From: Haliotis cracherodii
Taxonomy: Eukaryota
Length of the DNA: 64,000 nt
Direction: 5' to 3'
NCBI RefSeq assembly: GCF_022045235.1
Contig: NW_027266286.1
Location: forward strand, 75,392,001 to 75,456,000
Made by a program: the position numbers and the translations under genes. Shown here one piece after another: positions 1 through 14,600 of the stretch (position 1 is its first letter; every line of letters starts with the position of its first letter). The notes beneath the pieces were generated by a model. It did not search any database. It saw only the letters and a program-made list of their open reading frames with translations, and was not told where the DNA came from.

Positions 1-289
1 TGAGGGCAGCGTCATGAACTACATGGAGTAACCGCGTGGTCACCACAACGTCACAGATTTAACAAATGTTATATTTGGGATAACACTTTCTTTGTAAAGT
101 ACAGATTCTCGTCCTTTTTTGGGTTGAGTCCCGTCCCGTCCCAAATATAACATTTGTTACATTTGACCACTTTCTAAATGGCATTGTGTATTCATAGCTT
201 TCGGCCATGGGAGCCGTGCCAATTTACACTTGTCAGAGGGGTACTCAAAGTACGTGATCTAGACTACCAGTTGTCGGACTTTCATTTTT

Positions 290-460
290 GCGGAAGCCTT
301 GGTGGCTGAGTGGGTTTGATCGCTGAGTTTGTGTGCTGGCGATTAGGTGCCTCACTCTGGCAAGTGTGGGTTCGAATTTCGGACGGGACTCAACCCAAAC
401 AAGTACGAGAATCTGTACTTTACTAAGAAAGTGTTATCCCAAATATAACATTTGTTACAT
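290..460 (+). mobile_element. tRNA-derived SINE with inverted and direct partial duplicates at 60-192
   Basis: ggtggctgagtgg...gggttcgaat head; 61-138 is the reverse complement of ~381-457; 139-192 repeats 438-491. Confidence 0.6.
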
Positions 461-1659
461 TTGACCACTTTCTAAATGGCATTGTGTATTCGTCACAGAC
501 TTAATTTTGCATATGGTCATCACATTAACCTCGGTTGTTTCATATTACATACTGATACTTCTTTTATTGTTTGTTCGTCCTACAGAACCCACTTTCAGTT
601 CACTATACTGCTTATGAGTACAATGCATTACATGTATAAACTGTTGATACAAGTGAAGGAAGATTATCATCGGGAGAATACACAAGACTTTCATTAAGAC
701 ATCTGCTTTACGTCGGTAAAAGTAAATAACTGTACCAGTTTAATCTTATAGCGTCTTTTCCAATAGTATGGCTTTATGTACAGTTTTCTTAAGCTATCAC
801 ACGATGGACACTTGAGAATGAAATTGCAATCATCTTCTATTTCTAGAGGACATACATGATATTCTGTGGGACGAATGTAAACCTTGGTGTCTTCCAGTTT
901 CTGTTGATAACGTGAGATGCAAGCCTCAACTTGAATATATACTGTCTGTTAATGACTAGAATGAACTTTTTAAATAATATTGTATTGAGGGTATCAATAA
1001 GACATCTAAACAATATACATTTAGAAGAAACATATCTCTGCCCTCTCACTGCCTGTGTGGCTTCATAAACAAATGTCTGCTTTTTTACAGGTACATAATT
1101 AGAAATTAACTTCTGCTTATTCCAAATGTCTCCGTGCCAATGGAAATAATATATTATAAACCTTAAACATTTAAGTGTATTTTTTTTATTGCAATTTAGT
1201 ATACTTAAATGTACATGTAACAACCTTTAAGATAACAGTTATTGGTTACTATAGTAACTTACTTCAATATTTGATTATGTTAAACAACCCAATAAATCTA
1301 TATAGAATACTAAACGAGGTCCCGTATAATACCAATTCCAGAAACGAGTGAATAGTTCGGCGTTTTTCCACTTTTATCAACTCGTGTTGATATATTTGAT
1401 ATCAAAAGACACGAGGTTGGGATTCTCGATATATCATAGCATTACAAGCTGATCTATTAATATCGAGCATTCATTTACAATATTTCGATAGTATCTCCCT
1501 CATGTGAACCCAACACTTAGACGTATAAGATAAAATGCTACCAACATAGTAACTTAGATAATGACTAGCTCATGAATAACGGGTATCAATTATAGGAGCA
1601 TCGTCAGACAACGATGTAGCTGCTGGTACAGGCTTGTGGTGGAGGAGTGATGGAGGAGT

Positions 1660-1817
1660 GATTGAGTGAGTATTGGTTTACGTGGCTTTTAACAATATTC
1701 CAGAGGAGGGAGACACAAGACATGGGCTTCACACATTGTACCCGTGTGGGGAATCGAACTCGGGTTTTCGGCGTGTCGAGCGAACGCATTAACCACCAGG
1801 CTACCCGACCGCCCCTG
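1660..1817 (-). mobile_element. tRNA-derived SINE (family A; copies at 9638-9768 minus, 25470-25612 plus)
   Basis: A/B-box-like head (tagcctggtgg...gttcgattcc) and (cact)n tail. Confidence 0.8.
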
Positions 1818-1889
1818 TGGTGCGAATCTCTTTGTTTGTATATATGGAACTGATTCATATCATCTGCATGGTTTGTATCCCCATCTTAC

Positions 1890-2006
1890 TGCAGCCGGCT
1901 TCATCCGTGGAGTCTGCGCAGTCGGGTTGCGCGTCGCAGTACAGCTGCAGCGACACGCACTGGCTGTCACCGCACCGGAAGCCAGAACACACAGCCTCAC
2001 TTTCAT
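1890..2006 (-). CDS. Mosaic gene exon 22: LDLa repeat
   Basis: CSGFRCGDSQCVSLQLYCDAQPDCADSTDEAGC; ttgtag| and A|gtaaga; not in ORF track. Confidence 0.9.
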
Positions 2007-5000
2007 CTACAAGAGAAGAGCGACTCAGCGATTAAACACGAGAAGCCTCCCGCGGATGCATGAGTGCGATGGCAGATGAAATTTAGAAAAACAAAACCAT
2101 ACGTCAAACAAAGTATTTTCCCGTACATGTAAAATTCGTGAATTTTATTGGTCGGTGACGTTTTGATTACGTTCCGTGTACGCCGCTACAGTGTAAGTGT
2201 GTACAACTGAAGAAAGTATACCCCGTCCCCATGGCAACAGACATTTTGCAGATCTTAGCAATTTCCGCTATTCATCTGCAGTTCAAGTTCCTTACTGAAC
2301 AACAGAAGTTCCTGTGACACTGAATAAGATTTAATGCAAAGTTATGTTTTTTACCATATCTGAAACAATTCCGGTTTGCAACAGATAAAAGACTCCTGTA
2401 AGTGTTCACAAGTGGTTTAATTTGCCATACTAACTTCAGAAAATGCGTGATTTCATAAACCACATGAACTTGCCAAAATGTCAATTTACAAATCAATAGC
2501 GTGTGTGTCCACCTCTGGTTGCGATGCAAACAACACATCGTCTCATGGAATGGACCAGGTGTCGCACAAAGTCCTGTGGGATATCTGTCCATATCTGCTG
2601 GAGCATGTTTCGAAGTTCCCGGAGTGTCTGTGGAACACGTGGTTGACGTCGAAGGCGCCGATCCATCTCGATTGGTGAGATTTCAGGGGAGCGAGCCGGC
2701 CAGAGCATGACATTCACGTTGTTTTGTTGAAGAGAATCCTGAACAAGTCGATCAATATGAGGCCGTGCGTTGTCATGTTGAAAGGTAAAGCCTGGGGCAT
2801 GACGACGCAAAAACGGTAGAACAACAGGGGCGATGATCTCGTTCCGGTAACGCTGTCCATTGAGATTTCCCTCTACCACTACCAAACGGGTCCTCTGTCT
2901 TGCTGTAATCCCACCCCATACCATAACGCTGCCGCCCCCGAACCGATCTTCTTCCATGACACAATGATTGACGTAACGTTCACCTCGACGTCGGTACACT
3001 CGAATCCGTCCATCGCTGTGGCTGAGGTGAAAACGAGACTCGTAAGTGAATAGAACTTGTCCCAACTGCATGGCCGTCCAGCGTAGACGTTGTCTGCACC
3101 ACTGTAGACGTGCTTGACGGTGGTTTCCTGTCAAAATGGGACGTCTGGCGGGTCTTCTGGCGACAATCCCTGCACATCTTAGGCGACGACGTTCGGTTTG
3201 TGAAGATATTCGTCGAAGGCCAGGGATGCTTCATGCAGTCACTGTTGCTGGCTGGAATCGATTTCGTAGGTGTGTTGTTCGAATCCAGTTGTCTTGTCGA
3301 TTATTGGTTACGCGTGGCCTGCCACTCCGAGGATGGTCTCTGGCTGCATTCGTCTGTTGCCAACGTTGCCATAAACACCAAATGCTGTTTCTGTGGACGT
3401 TAAATTGTCTTGCAACATCACGTTGACTCGATCCTGCTTCAAGCATACCAATGGCTCGCAGAAGCTCATTTTCGGACAGGCGTGGCATTTCGTAATGTTG
3501 AATAAATGCGTAATTTTGTTGTTTTTCTGAGTGGTTGTTGTCAGCACGATGCTAAACAATGCATATGGAGTCCCGTTAACGCACATGTTTTTATACCCAT
3601 TCTTGGGTAGTGAAATGCATGGGGCTTGCATAAATGTCAACTTTTGCATGGAATGCATGCTTTTCTGTAGCAGTTGCGTTTTTGTAACTTGATTCCATAG
3701 ATGTACTACAATATTGAAAACCAAACTTTACTTGTTTGAAAAATACACTAAAATATTGGTGTCACAGGAACTTTTGTTGCTGAGTATATCATAACATTGT
3801 CTCAACATAAATAAATTGTCCTCGGAAGCTCATCTGGCAACACCAGAGGAAGCATGTCATTTTGTTATATGTCATAAATGATAAACAAGGTGGAAATATA
3901 AATTCCTTCGACACACAACGGGTATATCAAGCCGTATACCCTTGGGATAAGTCCAGTACAGCTAATACTATGGAATATATGGTTGCAGACAGCCATATTG
4001 CAGATACTGTTTGTTTGTTTGTTGTTTAACGCCGCACGGCAAGCGTAGTCGCCTCTTACGACAAGCATAGTCGCCTCTTACGGCAAGCATAGTCCACTCT
4101 TACGACAAGCATAGTCGCCTCTTACGACAAGCATAGTTGCCTCTCGCAGAAACCTGAAACTGTCACATGAAGCACCTGAAGCGGTCGTATTGCAGTCTTC
4201 GTCAGTGGCATCGTAGCAGTCGGCCGCACCATCACACCTGTACACGTGGCTGATGTACTCCCCATTGTCACACCTGTACAGGTAGGTGATGTTGGTGATG
4301 TCTGGCGGGGAGTGAGTGTGGGGAAGCGTTGGGCGCCCTGAGTCTGGGGGGAATAGATAATGTATATTGTTATACGTAGTTTGTTCATGTACTGTGCACT
4401 CAGTAGCACTCACCTTACGACGCTGGAAATGTCAGAAACAGATAACAATTGAATACTCAATTCTAATATCTCCTTCGTTAATAGCAATATCGCATGTTTA
4501 AATCGGGGCCAGTGCCTATGATTAAAGATGATATATGCCAGGTTGAAAGCACGGTCCAGACACAGAAGAGAAGAGGCCGGGAGAAAGGGCGAACAATCAA
4601 ACAAACTATTGAATGATCCGATGTTTTTCTCGCAGACAAACTGGGTAATCTGGTCGAATGCGCATGCGACATCGTGCCACGTGGCCGTGGACTGCAAAGT
4701 TGATATGACCAGCATGCCACACAACTCCTGGTCCAACCCGTCTGGCTGGGAGATCCTGGTCCCCGGATCCTGGTACCTGCAACAACAGACATGACCTGGG
4801 CATGACCTGCATGCCACACAATCCCTGCCCCAACCCGTCTGGGAATACTTCATCCAATTAGCAAATGATTTGCTATTTTTCCAGGTAAACCTGTAGCCGA
4901 AACAAAATCCACGCTGCCGAAGAATGATGTCACACAATCAGCAAGTGACAACTCTGAAATCACGTGATCCTCATTTAACTCTAGAGTTAAATATTTCGTA

Positions 5001-8000
5001 CAAGGGGGGTATTCAAAAGGAAGTGAGGCAAATAGTTTCTGTATCCCTTTTCAATATATTAACGTCATTTCCTTTATTCCAATTATTCTTCAAGCTACTT
5101 ATGCCAGAAACAGACTCCCCTGACTGGTCCATCAACCACCCTTCTGTGTCGTCTTCAGATCGGGGTCGGCTTTCAAAGACCAGAACAGATAGAGTGATCA
5201 TTAAGGGAAAAGCCTTTGCCGTCTCAGAATCCCAAGGGTTTTCGCGACGGTTGTATATTATCGCCGAATCAAGACACGACTCTAATTTAAGTCAGAAGCG
5301 TTCAATCTCATTTTAAGATGACTGCCAAACATCAACGTAGATTCGATGTCTGTGGACGCTATGTTTAAGAAAACATTTGAAAAGACGACAAACGTGCTCT
5401 GCATTAAGAACACATAATTTCTTTTCTCGAAAGTTCCCGATACTTCCTATTACCGGAAAATGTCTCACCAGTCAGTGTAGGACAGCGGTCGCCCATCAAG
5501 CCACGACCAGCCAGCCCCAGCAGTCTTCCTCAAACCTGCAATACATATCAGTGAATGCGTGAGTTTAACACAGTTTTTTTCATTTATATCATAACCAGGC
5601 AGCTTACCAAGGGAGGAGGTCGCAAAGAGGTCTTTGACGTTTAATACCACTTTGGTTTAAGCCCGAACACGAGTGTTGTGCAGACAGAGCAAAGGTCAAT
5701 GCCAGGGTCAATCATGGACCCTGTCATGCCTAAGGGACGCAACTCTGCAAAGCGGATTCAACCGTTATAAACAAATGGGGCACCACGTGAGTTAAACGAA
5801 GGAAAATTGGTTATATTAGTTGACTACTGACCAATGAAGACCTCTCGGCGGCGGAAGACGTTCGTTGCGAGTATGAGTGCGTACACAGCCGCCATCTCCT
5901 GCTGGTCCCGAATGCTGACAAGATGGCCGCCACTTTGGCTGCAGTTGTCACGTGCTTCCTCCCACGTGATCCCAGTGTCGTGCACGTTGAGCTTGTACGC
6001 ACTGTCGCCCAACGTGTACCATCCGTCGTCGCTTGGTGCACCTGGGCAAATATAGTACATCTGGTCTCTCCTATACACGGACATATAATTATATCTTTAC
6101 AGATAGTTTTTGTTTTAGTTTTGTTTTATGGAATAAATAAAGAGAGAGAGAGAGGTCTTGGCCGTACGATGGTGATTAAACTGTTGAAAGCCACAGTTGC
6201 GGATGTTGGTTGCCTCCTGTTTGACATCAACATCAGCATCATGGCCCCTGGGACTGGAGATCGCATGTGGTCAAGCCTAAGTCCTCCCTTTGATTCCCAG
6301 AACACGTGCTTCCACTGTAAAGACTCCCATGTGCTGACTCCGCGTCTCACTCACCACCTGTAACTAGCCGTGCATGGAAGATGGCTGGATTTTGAGGTAC
6401 CCATCAAGCAGTTATCTTCATCATACCCACATGCTCTTGAGGTATTGCGGAAACACTGTCATAAGATATTCTACCTCAAGCGAAACCACAATCATCGATT
6501 AATGTTCCAATATATAGATCATATACAGTTCTAATGCGTTATCGACAGCCATTGATATATATATAGGCTAACGATATATTGATGTAATCATTCCTATGGT
6601 TTGTGTCTGGAAATGCTTGTTAATTTAGAAGTATCACATGGAATTTGATACCTGATTTGAATCATGTTTTGATCAATTAGAATCAAGCATCCCTTGTTCC
6701 CGAATCCAAACTTATTTACAGAATGAACTCAATGTAATGTTTCAAACACTTCAGATGTTTTTTCACGTGTTTAACACCTAAAAACATGGTCGCTAAATTA
6801 GCCTTAAAGAAAGGCTAACCGTAACCCGATAATTTAATCTTAATACCTTTGCTTGTTGGAATGTTTTGTGAACACTGCATTTTAGATATTAAAGAATTCC
6901 ATCTATTGCTTGGCGAATGTTTAAAAGTGACATTGAGAGCCATGAAGACATATAGAGATGGATTACCATGAGTGGGGTTCATTGTTTATAGTGAGTGATG
7001 GAGTCAGTGGTGTTTAACATGCACGGGGAAGGTATAACATGTACGATGAGGATATAACATGCACGGGGTGGTTATAACATGTACGATGAGGATATAACAT
7101 GCACGGGGTGGTTATAACGGGGAGAATATAATATGTACGGGGTGGGTATTACATGTACGGTGCGGGAAAGGCATAACATGTACGGGGTATGTATGACATG
7201 CACGGGTTAGGTATGACACGTGCGCTGGGTAGGTATGGCACGTACTGGGTAGGTATGGCACGTACGGGGTAGGTATGGTACGTACTGGGTAGGTATGACA
7301 TGTACGGGGTAGGTATGTCACGTACGGGGTAGGTATGGCACGTACTGGGTAGGTATGGCACGTACTGGGTAAGTATGTCATGTACTGGGTAAGTATGGCA
7401 TGTATCATGAACTATGTGTGGGGTGACTTGCACGTGACACTTCTTATCTCGAGGCCCCTGGGAAGTCGCCAGCCGGGACATTCCAGCTGTTGCCCGGGAG
7501 TGCCTCCCGCCCCTATCTACCTGTACCAGTGTTCATAGACACACGGTGCTGTGATTTATCTTGCTGACAGTCAGAGTGCGCGTAGAAATGTATTCTGGAG
7601 TTCACTGTGTAATGGAAAACTTTCTTGCTTCTTGAGTGGTTGTCAGAGTATAAATGCTTGTCGTACGTGCTGATAGCGTTGACTCATCCCATAGCGTAGA
7701 CTCATCCCACAAAATGACCGAAGTCGATCTAATTGGCAATCTTGTGAAAGTGAGGCAGTGAGTGAGGCTTATATAATTAAGTCGCTTATCCCAGCAGCAT
7801 GACGGCGTGAGGCTAACATTCGGCGTCATGTGTTCATGTGAGAATCGAACCTGGTCCTTGGATCAATGTACCCGCTAGCTTACACTGTAACATCATTACT
7901 AAGATGTAACTTCTGCAACACGTCAGTGCCAACATACCCGCGTCTATACCAAGGCTTGTTCTCACTAGACTGTACTTGATCTGGAAGCCGGTCCCACGCC

Positions 8001-11000
8001 GACCCCCGTCACTGTAGAACTCCACCCCTAGAGAGCTCCAGCTGGACAGGATGTCACCGTTGGGTCGTCGTTCTGTGCAGTGTCGTGCTAGAGGGGTGCG
8101 CGTCCCCTCCATGTCGTAGTCAAACAGCTGCACGTAGTCCCCGTCACAGTCCTACAGGGGGATCATAGAACGCACGAAAACATATATGTCTTTCATCTGG
8201 GGACCAAATCATCGATATATTGTATGATTATATAGGCGTCATTGGACACTGTGGTTTGTAAACGGCCGAGCAGTGAATAGAGGAGCGCCTAAAGGATAAC
8301 ATATATTTTGCAGACGATAGTGTGAAATGGCCATTTGTTGTCCCGAAAAAAAGCATGCACTTCAGGTCCGCGTGATTCCGGTTATCTCGAACAATGCTTG
8401 ACTTCATGTAATCCACTCCCTCTCCACGCTATAACCTTACTACACGTACACACGCCGGCAAGCACGCACACACACACATGCACGCCGGCAAGCACGAACA
8501 CACATACACGCCGGCAAGCACGAACACACATACACGCCAGTAAGCACGAACACACATACACGCCGGCAAGCACGAACACACGAACACACATACACGCCGG
8601 CAAGCACGAACACACATACACGCCGGCAAGCACGAATACACATACACGCCAGTAAGCACGAACACATATACACGCCGGCAAGCACGAACACACGAACACA
8701 CATACACGCCGGCAAGCACGAACACACATACACGCCGGCAAGCACGAACACACATACACGCCAGCAAGCATGAACACACGAACACACATACACGCCGGCA
8801 AGCACGAACACACATGCACGCCGGCAAGCACGAACACACATGCACGCCGGCAAGCACGAACACACAAACACACATACACGCCGGCAAGCACGAACACACA
8901 TGCACGCCGGCAAGCACGAACACACATACACGCCAGCAAGCACGAACACATGAACACACATACACGCCGGCAAGCACGAACACACATACACGGCCGTCAT
9001 GCACGAACACACGAACACACATGCACGCCGGCAAGCACGAACACACGAACACACATACACGCCAGCAAGCACGAACACACATACACGGCCGGCATGCACG
9101 AACACACGAACACACATACACGCCGGCAAGCACGAACATATTTACACGCCGGGAAGCACACACACACATATACACGCACGAACACACATACGCGTCAACA
9201 AGCATGAAAACTATCCAGCAGGCACACTCACGCACGCCAACAAGCACGCACACACGCCAGAAAGTACGCACACACACACGCCAACAAGCACACACACGCA
9301 CGCCAGCAGGCACGAACATAGTCCCCATTAAGCACACACATACACACACACACGCACGCACGCCACCAAGCACGCAGATCCTTTAAAACGAAGATGCTAC
9401 AATGTTACCCTGTTGTCCCCGATGACGTCGAGCCAGAGAAACGTGACGTTGATGTATTCCAGCTCTCGTCCCTGTATCCGCCACTGGCAGTTCGAGAAGT
9501 CGTTGTACATGTGGGGGAACAGGGGGGAGTTGATGTAGCCACATTCACCCCCGCATTTAGGAACGCCCGAGCACGTTCTACCCACGTGCTGACACCCGCC
9601 ACAATCTGCAATGACATGCCTCGTGATCCATATAGTGAGTGAGTTACGCCCCTTTTATAATTATGTCGGCGGGGGAACCAGAAATGGGCTTCACAGCTTG
9701 TACCCATGTATACCTGGGTATTCGGCGTAACGAGAGAATGCTTTAACCACTAGGCTACCCCACCGTCCTAATTTATCGGTATATCACACCAGGACAATAC
9801 CACCCAAGTTACGAAGTGGTCAAAAACACGTGGGGAGACCGACACAAACTGCCGGGCAAAGACCCATGTTTGTGGGTGGCTAAATACGAAACAAATAGGA
9901 AATGGTTATTCGAAGTGATGTACTTGATACGGGTATCATAGTTATGTTTTGAACCTTAAGATCGAAGTGTTTCGGTGACTGTTTTCATGTTAGTAACGTT
10001 TTGATAACGTTTGTTTTTAATCCAATTCTCAAGTGTATATTTATTTTGCCAGACAGGTTAGGTTGACAGAGTGAGGGACCTGACTTAACACATTGAACAG
10101 ATACTAGTACACCACCGAGGACGCATGTAATCATACATAAATACATGAACTAGAATATCCACTTTGTAAACTGCCGTACCTGACTCATTGATGTGTAAGG
10201 TAAATCCCCTGGCGGCTGTCTCACTGAGTCTATAGCAAGATTTGAAGGTGAAGGTCATCTGAGATTCACTGCTGATGAGCTGACTCTCCCGGAAGTTGAC
10301 AGAATCTGTCCCTGTCACGGACCACAGCGGCTGCGACCCCACCCCCGGGCCGTCGTGCACGATCAGGGTATCCTCGCACTGCCCCAGGGTCGGGCTGTAG
10401 AGGGACTGAAGGGGAGAGTATAACATTAACATAGGTCAGCACCAAGTCACATTGGGTGTAAGAATCTACATCGAAACGTCGCTATATGCAATAAACCAGA
10501 AGTTGTAATCTATTAAGTTGGACGTTTTCCTACTTACTTGCCAACTTCTAGAATGCCAATCAAAGAGATTGGAATGTATCTCCGAGAGTGACCGTATTGG
10601 TGTTAAATGAGTGTACAGACAGGCCCCACAATCCTTCAAAAGATTGTGAATTAAGTTTAGAAAAAAATCCACTTCATGTCTTACTAATTTGGTTTGCTGT
10701 ATGGTCCATTTCACGAAAACTGTTTCACAACGCGCCTCAGCCTGATGCGACGTTAAAGTTGAACTCATTCACTAACAGTACTGTCAGAGTAATGGCGTTT
10801 CACCGTACAACATGCCTCACCCTGATCTGCGTCTGGAGGGGAGCAAGTTCGATGTCTACCACTGTCAGCTGGATGAACACCCCCGGGGGAAACTGTACCT
10901 TCCACTCGCACTCCAGCCCCTCCCCATAGTACAGAGGGTAGGAGGGGGAACGCAGCTCTGTGGACGACGTGACAGTCGCGTGACATTCGTGGAAGCGGTG

Positions 11001-11592
11001 GACACCTGTCACGTAGGAATTCAATGAAACAGGAACGCATGGATCTATTTCTTTAGTAAGAAAGTGTTATCCCACAATATAACATCTGTTATCACTTGGA
11101 GTATTTGCGGTCATACTGTTTTCCCACACGGGAAATAGCCTATGTTCTAGGTTCTAGGAAAATGGGTGACCCCAAGTACCTCAGCTGGTGATCTCACCTT
11201 CAATGCACATGCGCTGTGTGTAGGCCGCGGCCACGCCCTCCCCTCTGAGGAACCACTGTTTGGTGTGTCGGCTGTAGCGGTTCCCCACGAGGTGTTGGCA
11301 CTGTCCGGTCTCTGCCTCGTACGTGAAGCCCGCGCACCTGTCCGTCACCACCATGTCGCACGTGTCCGCCCAAGTGGCTTGTGCGCATTTATTCACAGTG
11401 TCGTTGCTGCAAGCCGCGAAGCAGTCTTCCCACGTTGCCGCGAACATCTGAGTCGTCGTGGTCTCCAACAGAGGAGGACGGAGTTTGTATCTTCTCATCG
11501 TCTGCCACCCCAAGGTCATGCTTGTCGGAGACGCACAGCGCAAGTCAAAGTTGGCTGAAAGGGAGGTAAATCTGAACTACAACTACAACTAT

Positions 11593-11634
<42 letters not shown>

Positions 11635-14600
11635 AACTACTACGCTTTCAGTACCGACATAACAACCATGTGGTAGTAAGGTCTGCCACATACGTCTCAT
11701 GGGACATCCAAGTAGCTCCATCTTGACGCAGGCATCGCCACGTGGGAAGGTCAGTCGTATCTGACGGGCAAGCACCTGCCTCCCTAGGGTCAGTGTCTGG
11801 GGCGTGGCAGGGTGAAGGTCGGGATCAACACGGAACTCCTGGACAGCAAACAGCACCACGTCAAGACACTTGGCGGACCTTTGTCCAATGTAGCAGACAG
11901 ACATCGTTATGTTGTATTTAAGAATCTCCCGAAATAAAAACTCACCCTTCCCGTGACCAGTCAAAGTCAACGCTATTTATTGCATGTAAGGCTTCCGGCC
12001 CATAAAAACAAAGGAGTTACATATAAGTAGTTTTACATATTCGGATATATACTAATGTTTAACAATTCGTATATGAGGGAAATTTCCTTTTTAACATATG
12101 TAACCAGTTTTAATATCACAGCATCATCTTTGTTAGAGAAAGGATACAGGATAACTCGACAGATGGCGCTCTGGTATAAACCTGTTTCTTAGATCACAAT
12201 ACTAAGGACATACAAAAGTAAAATGAATTTCATTTTCCATAGCTAAATGACATAATGGGCATAACCTCTTCGATGTTTCAGTGGACATTTTTTTATCATG
12301 ATATCTGACAATCCGAATTGAATAAATGGACGTCGAAGGGTTCTTGATGTTAATGCAGATAAGTATTTGTCTGGTTGAAAAAGACTCTTAAAAATTATAT
12401 ACAAGTCATGACTGTTTTCAAGAGTGGAATGCCATTCCTGATAAAACATATTTGCAGATTGTTCACGAAATTGTTTCAAATAGAGTTTAACACCACCATC
12501 TGTTTGGGTTTAACCATACAATTCCGTAGCCAAGAGGTTTCTCATATGTGATGTTCATGTTACTTTGACCATGCCATCTAAATGTACAAGCATATTATAA
12601 GCAAGTTTGGGGATTTGTCGTTCATGTATTCCAAAAATATTAAACCAGTATTTGAAGCATCTAACTTGGGAGTTGATATATCACACCATGACACAAGCTA
12701 CTCACAGTAGCGCTGCCTCCATCTTCTGTCCCCAGCAACGTGAAGCTGCCATTGCCCGTGCGGTAGCCCACGTTGAATGACGTCACAAAGCGGACGTTGC
12801 TGCCCTCTGTCCATCCCTGCACCACCACAGCGTCCACCACAGACGGAGTTAGGAGGTCTACCTACGCGACAACACAGTCCTGTTCAGTATTCATGTTGTG
12901 TGGAAGAGTAGTGGATGTTGTTAATATATGTGACGTAATTGTCTGTTCCAGCAAATGATTGAACGACAGGTAACAAAATATCATGAACTGTCGTGGCCCA
13001 TTTGAACTCCAGTGGACAGCGTCAAGAGCAACAAGGGGGAGATTCCAGACTCATTTCGACCTGACTTGATCCTAGGCAATGGTGGATCGAGCATGTTTAA
13101 AAGGATGTTCCTCTCTTAGTCTTTTTTACTGCACTTCATCATACTACATTTGTTTTTCAAAAGAGGAGAGGGGACCCCCTGGAGCCCCTGGATCCGCCTA
13201 TGCTTAGTGTGCATACCTATGTGGAAACATAATTTTCAACACAACTCTTGATTTAAGAACGGAGACATGCCTGTTTCAAGACATTGGACAGTGACAAACA
13301 TCTGCAAATTCGTGGGTGCACGAGCATCAACGCTAGGGCCTGTCACTTATAGCGGATGCCACTTACTATATTGACTATTTCTGTTGTAAGCCTGGCGCTG
13401 TGGGTTAAATATAACCTTTTGATTATTCTCTGATCTTGCGTGGTCATTTACTGATATCACAGTTCTTTGTTGTGGGTTAACCTCTGCGTTTCAAGTTAGA
13501 AATTACCTCGCAGCATGTACGAATATCACAGATGTACACAGTATTACGTCTAGATGTGTCCCCGGTAGTGTAGTGGACTGTGTTTACATCGCCAATCAGT
13601 GTGATACTGTTTCCCGTAATTATATATGTGCGTGCATATTGATGATGTTCTTGAAATGAAAGATGGCTTAACTAACATGTGTTTTTATTGAGAACTAAAA
13701 AGATGAAAACACGACAGTTATATATCGTTGCTTGTCAAAGCTAAGGTGTTTTTGGTTAAGAAATATGTTTGATCACACTTACGCAAATATTCAGATTGAT
13801 AAACAAAACACACACGTGATAACAGAATAACATTATTATCTCGATACTGAAGACGACGTAGCGTGATGATCCTGACAGTATACACTAAGGAAGGCACTGT
13901 TCGATCTACGTCGACATGTGCCCTTCGAGTTATGGAGATGCGATTGCAGTTGTGAGGTTACCTCTATATATGGCTGTGTGTCATCCGGGCTACTGCACCA
14001 TCCCTTTTCACGATGGAGGCGCGCATGCGTAGAGAGACTGTCACGACTGTCGGATGAGGAGAAAATCTGGAAGTCTTGTATATACCCTGATGTGACACCC
14101 ATTGTACGACCACACCCTGTGTCTGAAGTAGAAACAAGCCTGTATATACCTGATTTGACCCCCATTATATGACTACACCCTGTGTCTGAAGTAGAAACAA
14201 GCCTGTATATACCTGGTGTGACCCCCATTGTACGACCACACCCTGTGTCTGAAGTAGAAACAAGCCTGTATATACCTGGTGTGACCCCCATTGTACGACC
14301 ACACCCTGTGTCTGAAGTAGAAATAAGCCTGTATATACCTGGTGTGACCCCCATTGTACGACCACACTCTGTGTCTGAAGTAGAAACAAGCCTGTATATA
14401 CCTGATGTGACCCCCATTGTACGACCACACCCTGTGTCTGAAGTAGAAACAAGCCTGTATATACCTGATGTGACCCCCATTGTACGACCACACCCTGTGT
14501 CTGAAGTAGAAACAAGCCTGTATATATCTGATGTGATTACCATTGAATGACTACACCCTGTGTCTGAAGTAGAAACAAGCCTGTATATACCTGATGTGAC

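Noticed and set aside
1604-1635. Possible terminal exon TCTSSYIVV* after the last LDLa exon
   Set aside because: The acceptor is a weak AAG abutting a SINE tail; cannot be supported without transcripts.
7420-7520. Possible extra GC-rich exon between CUB2 and the C-type lectin
   Set aside because: No convincing acceptor/donor pair or domain motif; flanking exons already join in phase 1.
8382-9386. Cys/Val-rich ORFs (also 26582-28269)
   Set aside because: GT/CA low-complexity repeats.
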